From the IMG/VR virus record IMGVR_UViG_3300037183_000048, positions 1-46,312 of that record: a stretch of 46,312 bases of DNA. One strand, given 5' to 3'. Both the position numbers and the translations under genes were made by a program. Position 1 is the first letter of the stretch. Every line of letters starts with the position of its first letter. Of this stretch, positions 25,378-32,789 are shown in pieces. Below the pieces are notes generated by a model that was not told where the DNA came from, searched no databases, and was given only the letters and a program-made list of their open reading frames with translations. Source of the stretch: a virus (Duplodnaviria > Caudoviricetes).

Positions 25378-26832
25378 CTAATACCCGGTTACCGGGTTCC
25401 GTCCCTGCGCCTGTGATTTCATGTGTCGGTTGAGCATCAAATTTTCCCACTTCTGGATGTCGCGGTCTTCGCGTGTCTCGTAACGAGCCATCGGGCGTGA
25501 CATGCAACCGTATCTCAGGGCGTCCGCCGCGTGGTCTTCTTGCTTGGAGTCGATGTCGTCTAAGTCGTCTTCTTTGGCGACAAGGTTGGGTAGCGTGCGA
25601 ATGAGATTGCGACAATTTCGAAAGATCCGCAACCCCGGAGTACGCCCCTCAGGGCCGCCGCGCTCCATGAGGCGCCGCCTGATCTCAACCCAACCGGTTT
25701 TTCGCTCTTTGTCGGCGTCAAACCAGGGTATCCCCATCTCCTGCATTGCTTCTGTAGGAGTTGGACCCTCGCTACCATATTGCTGTCGTCCTTGATGATC
25801 CATGTAACCGAACAGCTTCGAAAATCCCTTGGAATCAGTCCAACCCCACGCCTCTTCGATTTCAAGGAGCTTCTTACCGAAGATTCTGCCGGTTTGCCCC
25901 GGACCATATAGCTCCTCCGCGACAATGAGGTTAGATTCGTTGTCGATGGCTATCCAAAGGCAACAAGCCGGCGCCCGCGAACCCCAGTCAGCCGCTCGAA
26001 ACACCTCCCAGTGCTTCGGAATCTCAAACGGGTCGACGACATGAACCAATGGGTCAAAAACATCTCCAAAGAACGACCCTGGTGTCACATCCCAGTCGCC
26101 ATCAAGGAACGCGCGTCGATAGTGGTCGGGGGCAGACGCCAATTCCGCCTCGTACTCAGGAGGAAGGTGCGGATTGTCCCGCAAGGTGGCCGGAATGAAC
26201 ACGCGATCGCGCTTCACGTCGCCCCACGATGTCTTCACAACCTCAAACAGGATCTGAAAACCTGCTCTGTTTGGCGTAACGAAGCGTTCTTTCACCCAGT
26301 CGCCGTGAATGCCCATCGGGTTAGCCGTCAACCGCACGCGCAGCATTGGCTTCAGCACTTCCTCCGACGAACGCACATTCAACTTCAGGTATCTGTATTG
26401 ATACTCGGGGATCTCCTCAGCCTGGTCGAAGCCAAGCCAGGAATACTCCTGCCCCTGGTGAATCATGTGGTCTTGCGGACCTTCGAGGTGACCGAACCCG
26501 AAGCGATAGCCGCACGGAAACGTGAACGTGTGGTCCTGCTGAGACCACTTCACGCCCGGATCAATCGTTGGCATCATGTTGTGAGCACGGTTAATCATGT
26601 CGGCGAGACGCCCGAACTGCTTTCGGAATATCTTGGCGTGCCCGCGCGACTTCTTGCCGGTGGCCTTCCAAACCTTGGTGACCGCTTCAAGTTGCGGCAT
26701 CCAATCGACACCAAGAAGGTCCGACTTTCCTCCTCCCTTGGCCCCTCCGTACATCAATTCAAAGCAAGGACACGCCATCGCGATCGCCTGCTTTGGCGTT
26801 GGGGTCCACAGAATGTCGTCGAGAAGACTCAC
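25378..26832 (-). CDS. terL: Terminase large subunit
   Basis: YGGAKGGGKS Walker A, LTANP, DNPHL, DWG, EDHAADALRY. Confidence 0.95.
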   Translation of the reverse strand: MSLLDDILWTPTPKQAIAMACPCFELMYGGAKGGGKSDLLGVDWMPQLEAVTKVWKATGKKSRGHAKIFRKQFGRLADMINRAHNMMPTIDPGVKWSQQDHTFTFPCGYRFGFGHLEGPQDHMIHQGQEYSWLGFDQAEEIPEYQYRYLKLNVRSSEEVLKPMLRVRLTANPMGIHGDWVKERFVTPNRAGFQILFEVVKTSWGDVKRDRVFIPATLRDNPHLPPEYEAELASAPDHYRRAFLDGDWDVTPGSFFGDVFDPLVHVVDPFEIPKHWEVFRAADWGSRAPACCLWIAIDNESNLIVAEELYGPGQTGRIFGKKLLEIEEAWGWTDSKGFSKLFGYMDHQGRQQYGSEGPTPTEAMQEMGIPWFDADKERKTGWVEIRRRLMERGGPEGRTPGLRIFRNCRNLIRTLPNLVAKEDDLDDIDSKQEDHAADALRYGCMSRPMARYETREDRDIQKWENLMLNRHMKSQAQGRNPVTGY

Positions 26833-27197
26833 GGCTTCTTTTTGGCAACGTAAATCATCTTGGGGAGCTTCTGAAAGGCATCCACGTCCTTAATCCACTG
26901 CTCGCGCGACTCGGACTGCTTGATAAGGGTGACATTGAGCGTATTGCTAACGTTAGACGGTCCCTTATCGTCCTTGATCGCGGCAGAAGCCATCTTCATC
27001 GCCATGTGCAGGTACATCGGCGCCTGCGCCGGTGGCAAACGAGAGTCCTCTTTCACCTTCTCCTCATCTTCCAAATTGGAAAAAGCAATAGCAACTGCCC
27101 TCAGCGAGCGCTTGACAACTTTCTCTGCGAGTCTCGTCACGCCTGGTGCCTTGGGCGCGATGCCCGTCGGCCGTTTGGTCGCGATCTCGTCGCTCAT
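26829..27197 (-). CDS. Candidate terminase small subunit
   Basis: Directly upstream of and coupled to terL; helical with NTLNVTLI tail. Positional inference. Confidence 0.45.
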   Translation of the reverse strand: MSDEIATKRPTGIAPKAPGVTRLAEKVVKRSLRAVAIAFSNLEDEEKVKEDSRLPPAQAPMYLHMAMKMASAAIKDDKGPSNVSNTLNVTLIKQSESREQWIKDVDAFQKLPKMIYVAKKKP

Positions 27198-27460
27198 CTG
27201 CGTGCCCAGTTCAGTGCTGCGGTCGCAGCGCGTGGTCTCGTGGCAAGCCAGCACTCAAGGGAAGCGGCGGTGACGAAAATCTTGTTCCCACCTACGCCAT
27301 TGAACTGCGCCCGTTCCAGCCGTCCGTCCTTGATGCACTTCATTATGGTCGAACGGCAATAGCCAGTGCGTAAACAAATCTCGGTGATAGTAAACGCGCT
27401 TGCCGGCCGCTTAGGCGGATTCTTCTTCCAGTACATTCGTTCCGCAAGATACTCGTTCAT
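27194..27460 (-). CDS. Excisionase/MerR-type (HTH_17-like) DNA-binding protein
   Basis: FTITEICLRTGYCRSTIMKCIKDGRL; ATGA-coupled on both sides. Confidence 0.7.
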   Translation of the reverse strand: MNEYLAERMYWKKNPPKRPASAFTITEICLRTGYCRSTIMKCIKDGRLERAQFNGVGGNKIFVTAASLECWLATRPRAATAALNWARR

Positions 27461-27633
27461 TTGCGTGCAGCCCAAAAGGCTCGGTCTTCTTCTATCTCCG
27501 CCTGCTTGACGATTCTGCGGAAAATAGAGCTTGCTTTCTCGGTCCTGCCGCGAGTCTTCATCTTGCGATACCTTGCGTTCAGCGCCCCGCGATAACGCAC
27601 GTGTATCTGCTTCCTGGTTCGTGCTCTTTTCAT
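27457..27633 (-). CDS. Small basic protein (58 aa, not in ORF track)
   Basis: MKRARTRKQIHV...; ATGA overlaps at both ends. Confidence 0.6.
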   Translation of the reverse strand: MKRARTRKQIHVRYRGALNARYRKMKTRGRTEKASSIFRRIVKQAEIEEDRAFWAARK

Positions 27634-27917
27634 TCGTCGATGAACTCCAAGATACCGGGCTCACCGCTCGTCCGTGAATGCTCGCCAGCCAGCAGCCGAA
27701 CCACGCCATACTTCAAATATCCGCCCGGCCCAGCGGCGACCTCGGTGTAGAACTCGTGCTTACCGTGGCACTTGGCACATGCCCAAATGGCGCCCTCCGT
27801 TAGCAGGTCGAGCAGCAGCACATTGTCGCAACCTGGTGAGAGGCAAGGCTGTGCATGGCGATGCCCGAAGATGGCCGGGCGAAAGAACCGCTTATTCGCT
27901 AGTTCACTCGCTGGCAT
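27630..27917 (-). CDS. Zn-ribbon hypothetical protein
   Basis: CLSPGC...CAKC; start uncertain (27917 or 28013). Confidence 0.5.
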   Translation of the reverse strand: MPASELANKRFFRPAIFGHRHAQPCLSPGCDNVLLLDLLTEGAIWACAKCHGKHEFYTEVAAGPGGYLKYGVVRLLAGEHSRTSGEPGILEFIDE

Positions 27918-28107
27918 GCAATTTCTCAGCGCAGGTCTGACACGAGGTTTTACCGGCGCGGGCGAAGCGATTTCCACAGCGTAAGCATAGCCCACGTCTG
28001 CGGTTCTCTTCACGCCAGCGTTTCTGCCTGCTCATGGACCTGTCTCGGGCGCAGGCGACCAAGTGGCCTGCCTTCCCTGCTTGTCCGCAGCCCTTGCATC
28101 TACCCAC
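27904..28107 (-). CDS. Small Cys-rich basic protein
   Basis: RRRGLCLRCG...CQTC motif common in phages. Confidence 0.55.
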   Translation of the reverse strand: MGRCKGCGQAGKAGHLVACARDRSMSRQKRWREENRRRGLCLRCGNRFARAGKTSCQTCAEKLHASE

Positions 28108-28109
28108 TG

Positions 28110-28142
28110 TGACAATATGACACTACAGATGTCAGAATGTCA
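28110..28142. promoter_or_regulatory. Symmetric operator-like site TGACA-N3-TGACA-N7-TGTCA-N3-TGTCA
   Basis: Seen directly; includes a minus-strand TTGACA upstream of the cluster leading to the terminase. Confidence 0.6.
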
Positions 28143-28514
28143 AATCGTAACGTTGAACGCCAAGTAGCTCCACAGCCCGGCGACGGCAATCGGCGCGGCG
28201 GTCGCGTTCCGCAGTTGAATCGTCAATTGGCCAGTGGCGGGGACGAAAGCATAGTCCACCTGCAACAGCGAATTGATACTCGGCGGTGGGCTTACGTAAA
28301 CGGCCATCCCGACTACAAGGTTATCCACCTTCGGGTCTGTCGGGTCGACGTAAGTGATTCGCCTGATGTCGTTCGCGGGAACCGTAGTCGAATAGCTAAA
28401 ACTACCAGCGCGAAACTGCTGCAGCACTTTCCAAACCGAACGTAGGAATCGGTACAGTTCCTTAGGATCTGCCGAAGTCTCATTTGGATACGGATCTGGA
28501 AGAATTATCGGCAA
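28140..28514 (-). CDS. Putative virion accessory beta-domain protein
   Basis: VGMAVYVSPP...AFVPATGQLTIQLRNATAAPI resembles fibre-tip domains; TTG start with GGAGG. Confidence 0.5.
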   Translation of the reverse strand: MPIILPDPYPNETSADPKELYRFLRSVWKVLQQFRAGSFSYSTTVPANDIRRITYVDPTDPKVDNLVVGMAVYVSPPPSINSLLQVDYAFVPATGQLTIQLRNATAAPIAVAGLWSYLAFNVTI

Positions 28515-28546
28515 TCGTCGTTCCTCCGATAGCTAGAGTACTAGCA

Positions 28547-28744
28547 CTACGCCAACCACCGCGTGATAACGCCCAGCTCTTTCCAGTTGGCGCGGCGATT
28601 CTCATACGTCGCAGAATTCGCTCCGCACACGCCGCATGAGTGAAACCCTATCGGCTGGTCACCGATGGCAAACGAAGCCCCGCACTCGCATCCCCAGATA
28701 CGCGGGCGGGTCCACCAAAACAGCCACAGTGCGATTCGCTTCAC
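28547..28744 (-). CDS. Small CxC/CxxC protein
   Basis: GTGA-coupled start; CECG...CGVCG. Confidence 0.5.
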   Translation of the reverse strand: MKRIALWLFWWTRPRIWGCECGASFAIGDQPIGFHSCGVCGANSATYENRRANWKELGVITRWLA

Positions 28745-28902
28745 GGCAGTGTCAAGGTAGGCCCGTGGAATAGCACCAGGCACGCTGCGAGCCCAGCGAC
28801 AAAGCAACCGAAACCAATCTGCTTCACATTGGCATTCGCAGAGAACGCGAACACGAGAAGCCCAATTAGCGAAACTGCGGCGGGAAAGTAGGCGATTAGC
28901 AT
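28741..28902 (-). CDS. Small two-TM membrane protein (53 aa, not in ORF track)
   Basis: MLIAYFPAAVSLIGLLVFAFS...IGFGCFVAGLAACLVLF. Confidence 0.6.
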   Translation of the reverse strand: MLIAYFPAAVSLIGLLVFAFSANANVKQIGFGCFVAGLAACLVLFHGPTLTLP

Positions 28903-29294
28903 CTGGTCACACACCTCGCATAGAACGGTACGATTTTAGCCACGGTCACACACTCCATCAGTTGTTGTCCATCAAACCCGAAACACAAATCCGTCGGCAG
29001 TCCATTGGCATCCAGCGCAGCACAAGCAGTCGAGCGCTGAATCGCAGGGCAATTCGCTACCGGGTGATAGTTCGCGTTACAAAACGCCTGGCACTGCGCG
29101 TTCCCGAAGAAGCATCCAGTCACCTGCGCATGCGTAACAGGCGAATCGCAAATAGCAACCAAACCACCAGGACAAGCGTACTGTTCGAACGCGTCGCCAG
29201 CAACACACTGCGGAATCGACAACGCCTCGTTAGCCTCGGTGGCAACCTCGGCCGAACCGCAACCCGCAAGGAAGAGAAGCACCGTGAACTTCAT
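28896..29294 (-). CDS. Cys-rich lipoprotein
   Basis: MKFTVLLFLAGC lipobox followed by 12 more Cys. Confidence 0.7.
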   Translation of the reverse strand: MKFTVLLFLAGCGSAEVATEANEALSIPQCVAGDAFEQYACPGGLVAICDSPVTHAQVTGCFFGNAQCQAFCNANYHPVANCPAIQRSTACAALDANGLPTDLCFGFDGQQLMECVTVAKIVPFYARCVTRC

Positions 29295-29309
29295 GGACAC
29301 AGCTTAGCA

Positions 29310-29558
29310 CTACACTTTGGGTTTTGGGGCATTTTTTGGAAGGGGAGTGTGCACCGCCTCAAATGACACCGCCTTTTGGGGGTCGCCCATGCCCCCTCCC
29401 CCACCCACCTGAACGCCACCTTCACCGACCTCGTCGCCACTGACCACGGGAAAGAACCCCTGACACGTACACTCAACCACCATGCACAACCTAGGTGGCA
29501 GGCCAGACTGATGTACACCACTGACGTGACTACACGTGCACCTATCTATTAACCTCAT
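29310..29558 (-). CDS. Hypothetical Cys/His protein
   Basis: CTCSH...H...C...CTCQGF motif. Confidence 0.5.
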   Translation of the reverse strand: MRLIDRCTCSHVSGVHQSGLPPRLCMVVECTCQGFFPVVSGDEVGEGGVQVGGGGGMGDPQKAVSFEAVHTPLPKNAPKPKV

Positions 29559-29744
29559 GCACGTACACTACCACGACGTCTAGGCACACCTCACCGAGCA
29601 CACTTTGTAACCTGGATTACGGATTCTGGGTTTCGGTTTCGCGTATCCCAGATACGCTCAACGTGTTCGGATAGTGTACAGAAGTAGAACAGACACGGGA
29701 GCACCCTCCATCTTATCTGTTAGCCTTGTATCTATAACTGTCCG

Positions 29745-29921
29745 TTACCTAGGGCCAGGTGATTTACGGTTCCGTTTAGCATCTAGGTTACGTTTAATTC
29801 GTTCCCAGGATGCCTTAAGCGGCGGCTTCCACGGTGCTACCGATGCACCTGGATAAGCCGCATGTATCCTAGCTGCTCTCTCTTCGTCTCTCTTACGTTT
29901 CCACTCATCTAATGACATCAT
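29745..29921 (-). CDS. Small basic protein (58 aa, not in ORF track), first gene of the leftward arm
   Basis: Strong RBS GGGGAGG; MMSLDEWKRKRDEERAAR... Confidence 0.55.
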   Translation of the reverse strand: MMSLDEWKRKRDEERAARIHAAYPGASVAPWKPPLKASWERIKRNLDAKRNRKSPGPR

Positions 29922-29924
29922 CAA

Positions 29925-30480
29925 TTCCTCCCCCTGTGAGCCGTCAGGCGAATCAGGTCCGTTCCTCTCGAACGCGGCAATGCCAAACTAAGAGCCCCTT
30001 GCTAGTGCAGTGTGAGCCGTGTTAGTTGGCTCTTCGCACACTCGCCGTCGCTCCCCGTTGGGTCGCTTACTAAGTAGGGAGGGGAAGCGGAAATAAGGAA
30101 GCTATCGCGCAACGGCCGTTCGCCGTCGCGGACTCCTGCTTCGCTCGTTGCCACTCGCTCGCCTCACGACCTACTCCGTAGGGTTATAGGGGGACGGCTC
30201 ATTTTCAAGGCATCGGTGCGTCAATTCTTGTCGCTTTGCCAAATTGTCACTCTCGCTGCGTCACGTTTGCCAACATGGCACAACCTAGCGAATTCCTAGA
30301 AGTACCAAACCGCCACATAGGGAGCAATTTCGCCACACAGATAAATATCTGTAATTGCTCATGTCTGCGCAAACCGCCACACTTGAGTACCATTTCGCCT
30401 CACAGGCTTAACACCGCGTCATAGCAATTCCGCATACTTAGCTAATCAAGCGAAGCGGCACGCACCATGCATTGTCTTAG
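29925..30480. other. Divergent non-coding control region (candidate ori/pac and enhancer region)
   Basis: Longest intergenic region; direct repeats, palindromes, strand switch. Confidence 0.55.
30455..30471 (+). promoter_or_regulatory. Sigma54-like -24/-12 promoter (GGCACG-N4-ATGCA)
   Basis: GG at 30457-58 and GC at 30469-70 with exact N10 spacing, ~45 nt before the first rightward ATG. Confidence 0.5.
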
Positions 30481-30516
30481 TTCGTGCCGAACGAAACCCG
30501 AACCGAGGAGACGACG

Positions 30517-30780
30517 ATGATCAAGACAACGATCGGTCAACAGCGCGACGGACGCATCTACCACGATGGCCAGTGCTTCAACTGCGGCAGGCAGTTCATG
30601 AGCGACTTTGACCAACTGTACTTGGTTGCTGGCTTTGTGAAGTTTTGCACCAAATACAAGTGCTACAAGGCGGCCGAGAAAGAGTCCGACAGATCGGAAT
30701 TGAGCATCCTGCGACCCGATAACATCGACGATGCGGCAGAGGCGGAACGAATCGCTAACCAACTGCTCGCTGATTTCTAG
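30517..30780 (+). CDS. Early hypothetical Zn-finger protein
   Basis: RBS GAGGAG; CFNCG...FCTKYKC. Confidence 0.65.
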   Translation: MIKTTIGQQRDGRIYHDGQCFNCGRQFMSDFDQLYLVAGFVKFCTKYKCYKAAEKESDRSELSILRPDNIDDAAEAERIANQLLADF

Positions 30781-30789
30781 GAGACCAAC

Positions 30790-31026
30790 ATGAAAAGGCA
30801 TGCGTATTCTGTGTTCTTCGACGCGACCAAAGATCGCCCGCACTTCGGATTGCCTGGCCAGTTTGATTGCTACCTTGACGCGGTTCGCGCAGTCCGCAAG
30901 GCTTTCCCGGGAGCATGCGTGTCGAGCTTTGGCATTGGCGTCAACGGATGTCGGTTTCCGATCCTGTCGTCCACTCATTCCAAGATCACCATTGGCGAAG
31001 TGATCGCCGATCATCTTTTCGCTTGA
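30790..31026 (+). CDS. Early hypothetical protein
   Basis: RBS AGGAG. Confidence 0.6.
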   Translation: MKRHAYSVFFDATKDRPHFGLPGQFDCYLDAVRAVRKAFPGACVSSFGIGVNGCRFPILSSTHSKITIGEVIADHLFA

Positions 31027-31051
31027 CGTACGAACCGGCACGCACTAGAGT
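31023..31051 (+). promoter_or_regulatory. Sigma70 promoter TTGACG-N17-TAGAGT with operator in the spacer
   Basis: Seen directly, upstream of RBS GGGAGG and ATG 31074. Confidence 0.75.
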
Positions 31052-31073
31052 CTGATCAACGGGAGGAACGAAC

Positions 31074-31286
31074 ATGGCAATTCAACTCAGCGACGATGGA
31101 ACACTCGACACGGTGCTTTGCTGCTCCGATTGCGGCGAAGAGATGCGTTACAACTGCGATTGGTTCGTCGATGAAGACGAATCAGAGAACGGATACGACG
31201 AGTTCATCGCCTGGGCAATCGAAGACGCTGCTAACGATCACGTGTGTGAGCAGGAGAATCAACATGGCAAAGCGACGCATCGGTGA
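31074..31286 (+). CDS. Acidic small hypothetical protein
   Basis: DDGTLDTV..CSDCG; strong RBS. Confidence 0.7.
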   Translation: MAIQLSDDGTLDTVLCCSDCGEEMRYNCDWFVDEDESENGYDEFIAWAIEDAANDHVCEQENQHGKATHR

Positions 31287-31596
31287 AGTGGTTGTGCGAA
31301 TCAAGTACCTCGATAACGACACGTATGCTGGCACGGTTTCGGCAAGGGGTTACGTGTGGAAGTTTGACGAGTTGAAGGCTCCAGCATGGGGATTTCGGTT
31401 TGCGAGCGATTCGCCATGGGCTTACGACAAGATGGCGGAGTCTGCCGTGGGGTTTGGCTCTTACTACACGAGCCACAATCGTGGCGACTATGTACCGGAT
31501 TGGGCTCCCGCGCCTGAGGTTGCCGATGCGATCCATGAGCTATCGAGCATGGCCATCATGGACGATTCAACGTATCGCATTGAAAGGCGGTTCTAG
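31264..31596 (+). CDS. Early hypothetical protein
   Basis: RBS CAGGAG, ATG at 31264. Confidence 0.65.
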   Translation: MAKRRIGEVVVRIKYLDNDTYAGTVSARGYVWKFDELKAPAWGFRFASDSPWAYDKMAESAVGFGSYYTSHNRGDYVPDWAPAPEVADAIHELSSMAIMDDSTYRIERRF

Positions 31597-31600
31597 AGAA

Positions 31601-32362
31601 ATGACAACTCCCAATTTCGACCGAGCACGATACGACGAACTACTCTCCCGTGGCCTACCCGCCGGCATGGGCACGGCTGAGAAAGCCTGCATCATGGCGT
31701 GCCTTAACCTCGCGTGCGGCGGCACGTTGACCGACGCTGCGAAGAGTCCGTGCGTGCTGCCCGCCGCCGCTTCGTTCGCGGTTCGCCTCAACGATGCGGA
31801 CTGGTCGACCGAAACAGCTCGCGCCGAGGGATTGCGCGACCTTGGGTTAGCGCTATTGGGCAGCGATGGCATTGATCGTGTGGAGTTTGCGAAGCGCTTG
31901 GCAGAGCAGACGATCCGCCAGGTAGTTCCGGTGTTCTTGCGGCGCGTGGGCCTCGATACCGAGGCGGATCGGTGCAGGAACGAGGGAACGATCGATTCGG
32001 CGCTCTGGGCAAGGCGCGCCGCCTACGCCTACGACGCCACCGCCGCCACCGCCACCGTCGCCGCCACCGCCGCCACCGTCGCCTACGACGCCACCGCCTA
32101 CGCCTCCGACGCCTCCGACGACGACGACGCCTCCGACGACGACGACGCCTACGCCGCCGTCGCCGCCGCCTCCGCCGCCGCCTCCGCCGACGCCTACGCC
32201 GCCGTCGCCGCCGCCGCCGCCGCCACCGCCTACGCCGACGCCTACGCCGCCGTCGCCTACGCCGCCGTCGCCGCCTATCGATCCAAATACAGTGACGAAA
32301 CGCTGCTCATCTCGGCGCGCATCGCCACGGAGATCCTCAACGATATGAAAGAAGGTGTGTAA
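31601..32362 (+). CDS. Protein with an Ala/Tyr/Asp low-complexity tract
   Basis: CIMAC...CV...VRLNDADW.....R N-domain followed by a GCC-based codon repeat. Confidence 0.7.
   Translation: MTTPNFDRARYDELLSRGLPAGMGTAEKACIMACLNLACGGTLTDAAKSPCVLPAAASFAVRLNDADWSTETARAEGLRDLGLALLGSDGIDRVEFAKRLAEQTIRQVVPVFLRRVGLDTEADRCRNEGTIDSALWARRAAYAYDATAATATVAATAATVAYDATAYASDASDDDDASDDDDAYAAVAAASAAASADAYAAVAAAAAATAYADAYAAVAYAAVAAYRSKYSDETLLISARIATEILNDMKEGV
32017..32278 (+). repeat. GCC/NNC trinucleotide-based repeat tract
   Basis: Almost all codons are GCC, TAC, GAC, ACC, GTC or TCC. Confidence 0.9.
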
Positions 32363-32637
32363 TGCAAGCCATCGTAACAAAGTACATCGGCCCGACCAAT
32401 CATCGCGGCGCACGCGTCAAGGCAACGTGCCAGGCAAAGAGCATCATCGTCAATTGGAGTGATGCGCTCGACATCGACGAAAATCATCTCAAGGCAGCGA
32501 CCGCGCTCGCATGGTCGCTCGGTTGGGACAAGTACGGCAATCTTCACGGTGGCGGTATGCCCGACGGTAGCGGCAATTGCTACGTGATTGTGAAGCGGCC
32601 GGTTTTGCGAATGGAATCGACGGAAAGGGACGGATGA
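32362..32637 (+). CDS. Conserved phage hypothetical protein
   Basis: MQAIVTKYIGPTNHRGARVKA motif; TAATG coupling. Confidence 0.75.
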   Translation: MQAIVTKYIGPTNHRGARVKATCQAKSIIVNWSDALDIDENHLKAATALAWSLGWDKYGNLHGGGMPDGSGNCYVIVKRPVLRMESTERDG

Positions 32638-32789
32638 GAAGGCCCACGATTTACGAGGCCCTGGCAATTAAACTCGGACGTGAACCAACCAACGCAGAGT
32701 TGAAAGCCGATGTCGAGCGCATTCTAACGGAGTCGCTTGCCGAGCGTGCTGGTGCTGGCAAACTACGTCATCAAAGGCGACGTCGATGA
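32634..32789 (+). CDS. Small hypothetical protein
   Basis: KLGREPTNAEL; ATGA overlaps at both ends. Confidence 0.6.
   Translation: MRRPTIYEALAIKLGREPTNAELKADVERILTESLAERAGAGKLRHQRRRR

Noticed and set aside
21171-26853. Long plus-strand ORFs opposite scaffold, portal and TerL
   Set aside because: In-register antisense shadows of GC-rich genes with no motifs or coupled ends, unlike the HNH case.
27194-27460. Excisionase as evidence of a temperate lifestyle
   Set aside because: No integrase or att-like context is visible; the gene sits in the packaging operon.
29555-29705. Possible TGA readthrough (KCAR*GVP, CxxU-like) in a short minus-strand frame
   Set aside because: No clear start or SECIS-like element, TGA is a normal stop elsewhere in the genome, and other frames are equally plausible.
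31853-32413. Gly/Val-rich antisense and poly-Arg alternative-frame ORFs over the GCC tract (likewise 38771-39274 and 38896-39171)
   Set aside because: Expected by-products of stop-free trinucleotide repeats; no RBS or coupling.
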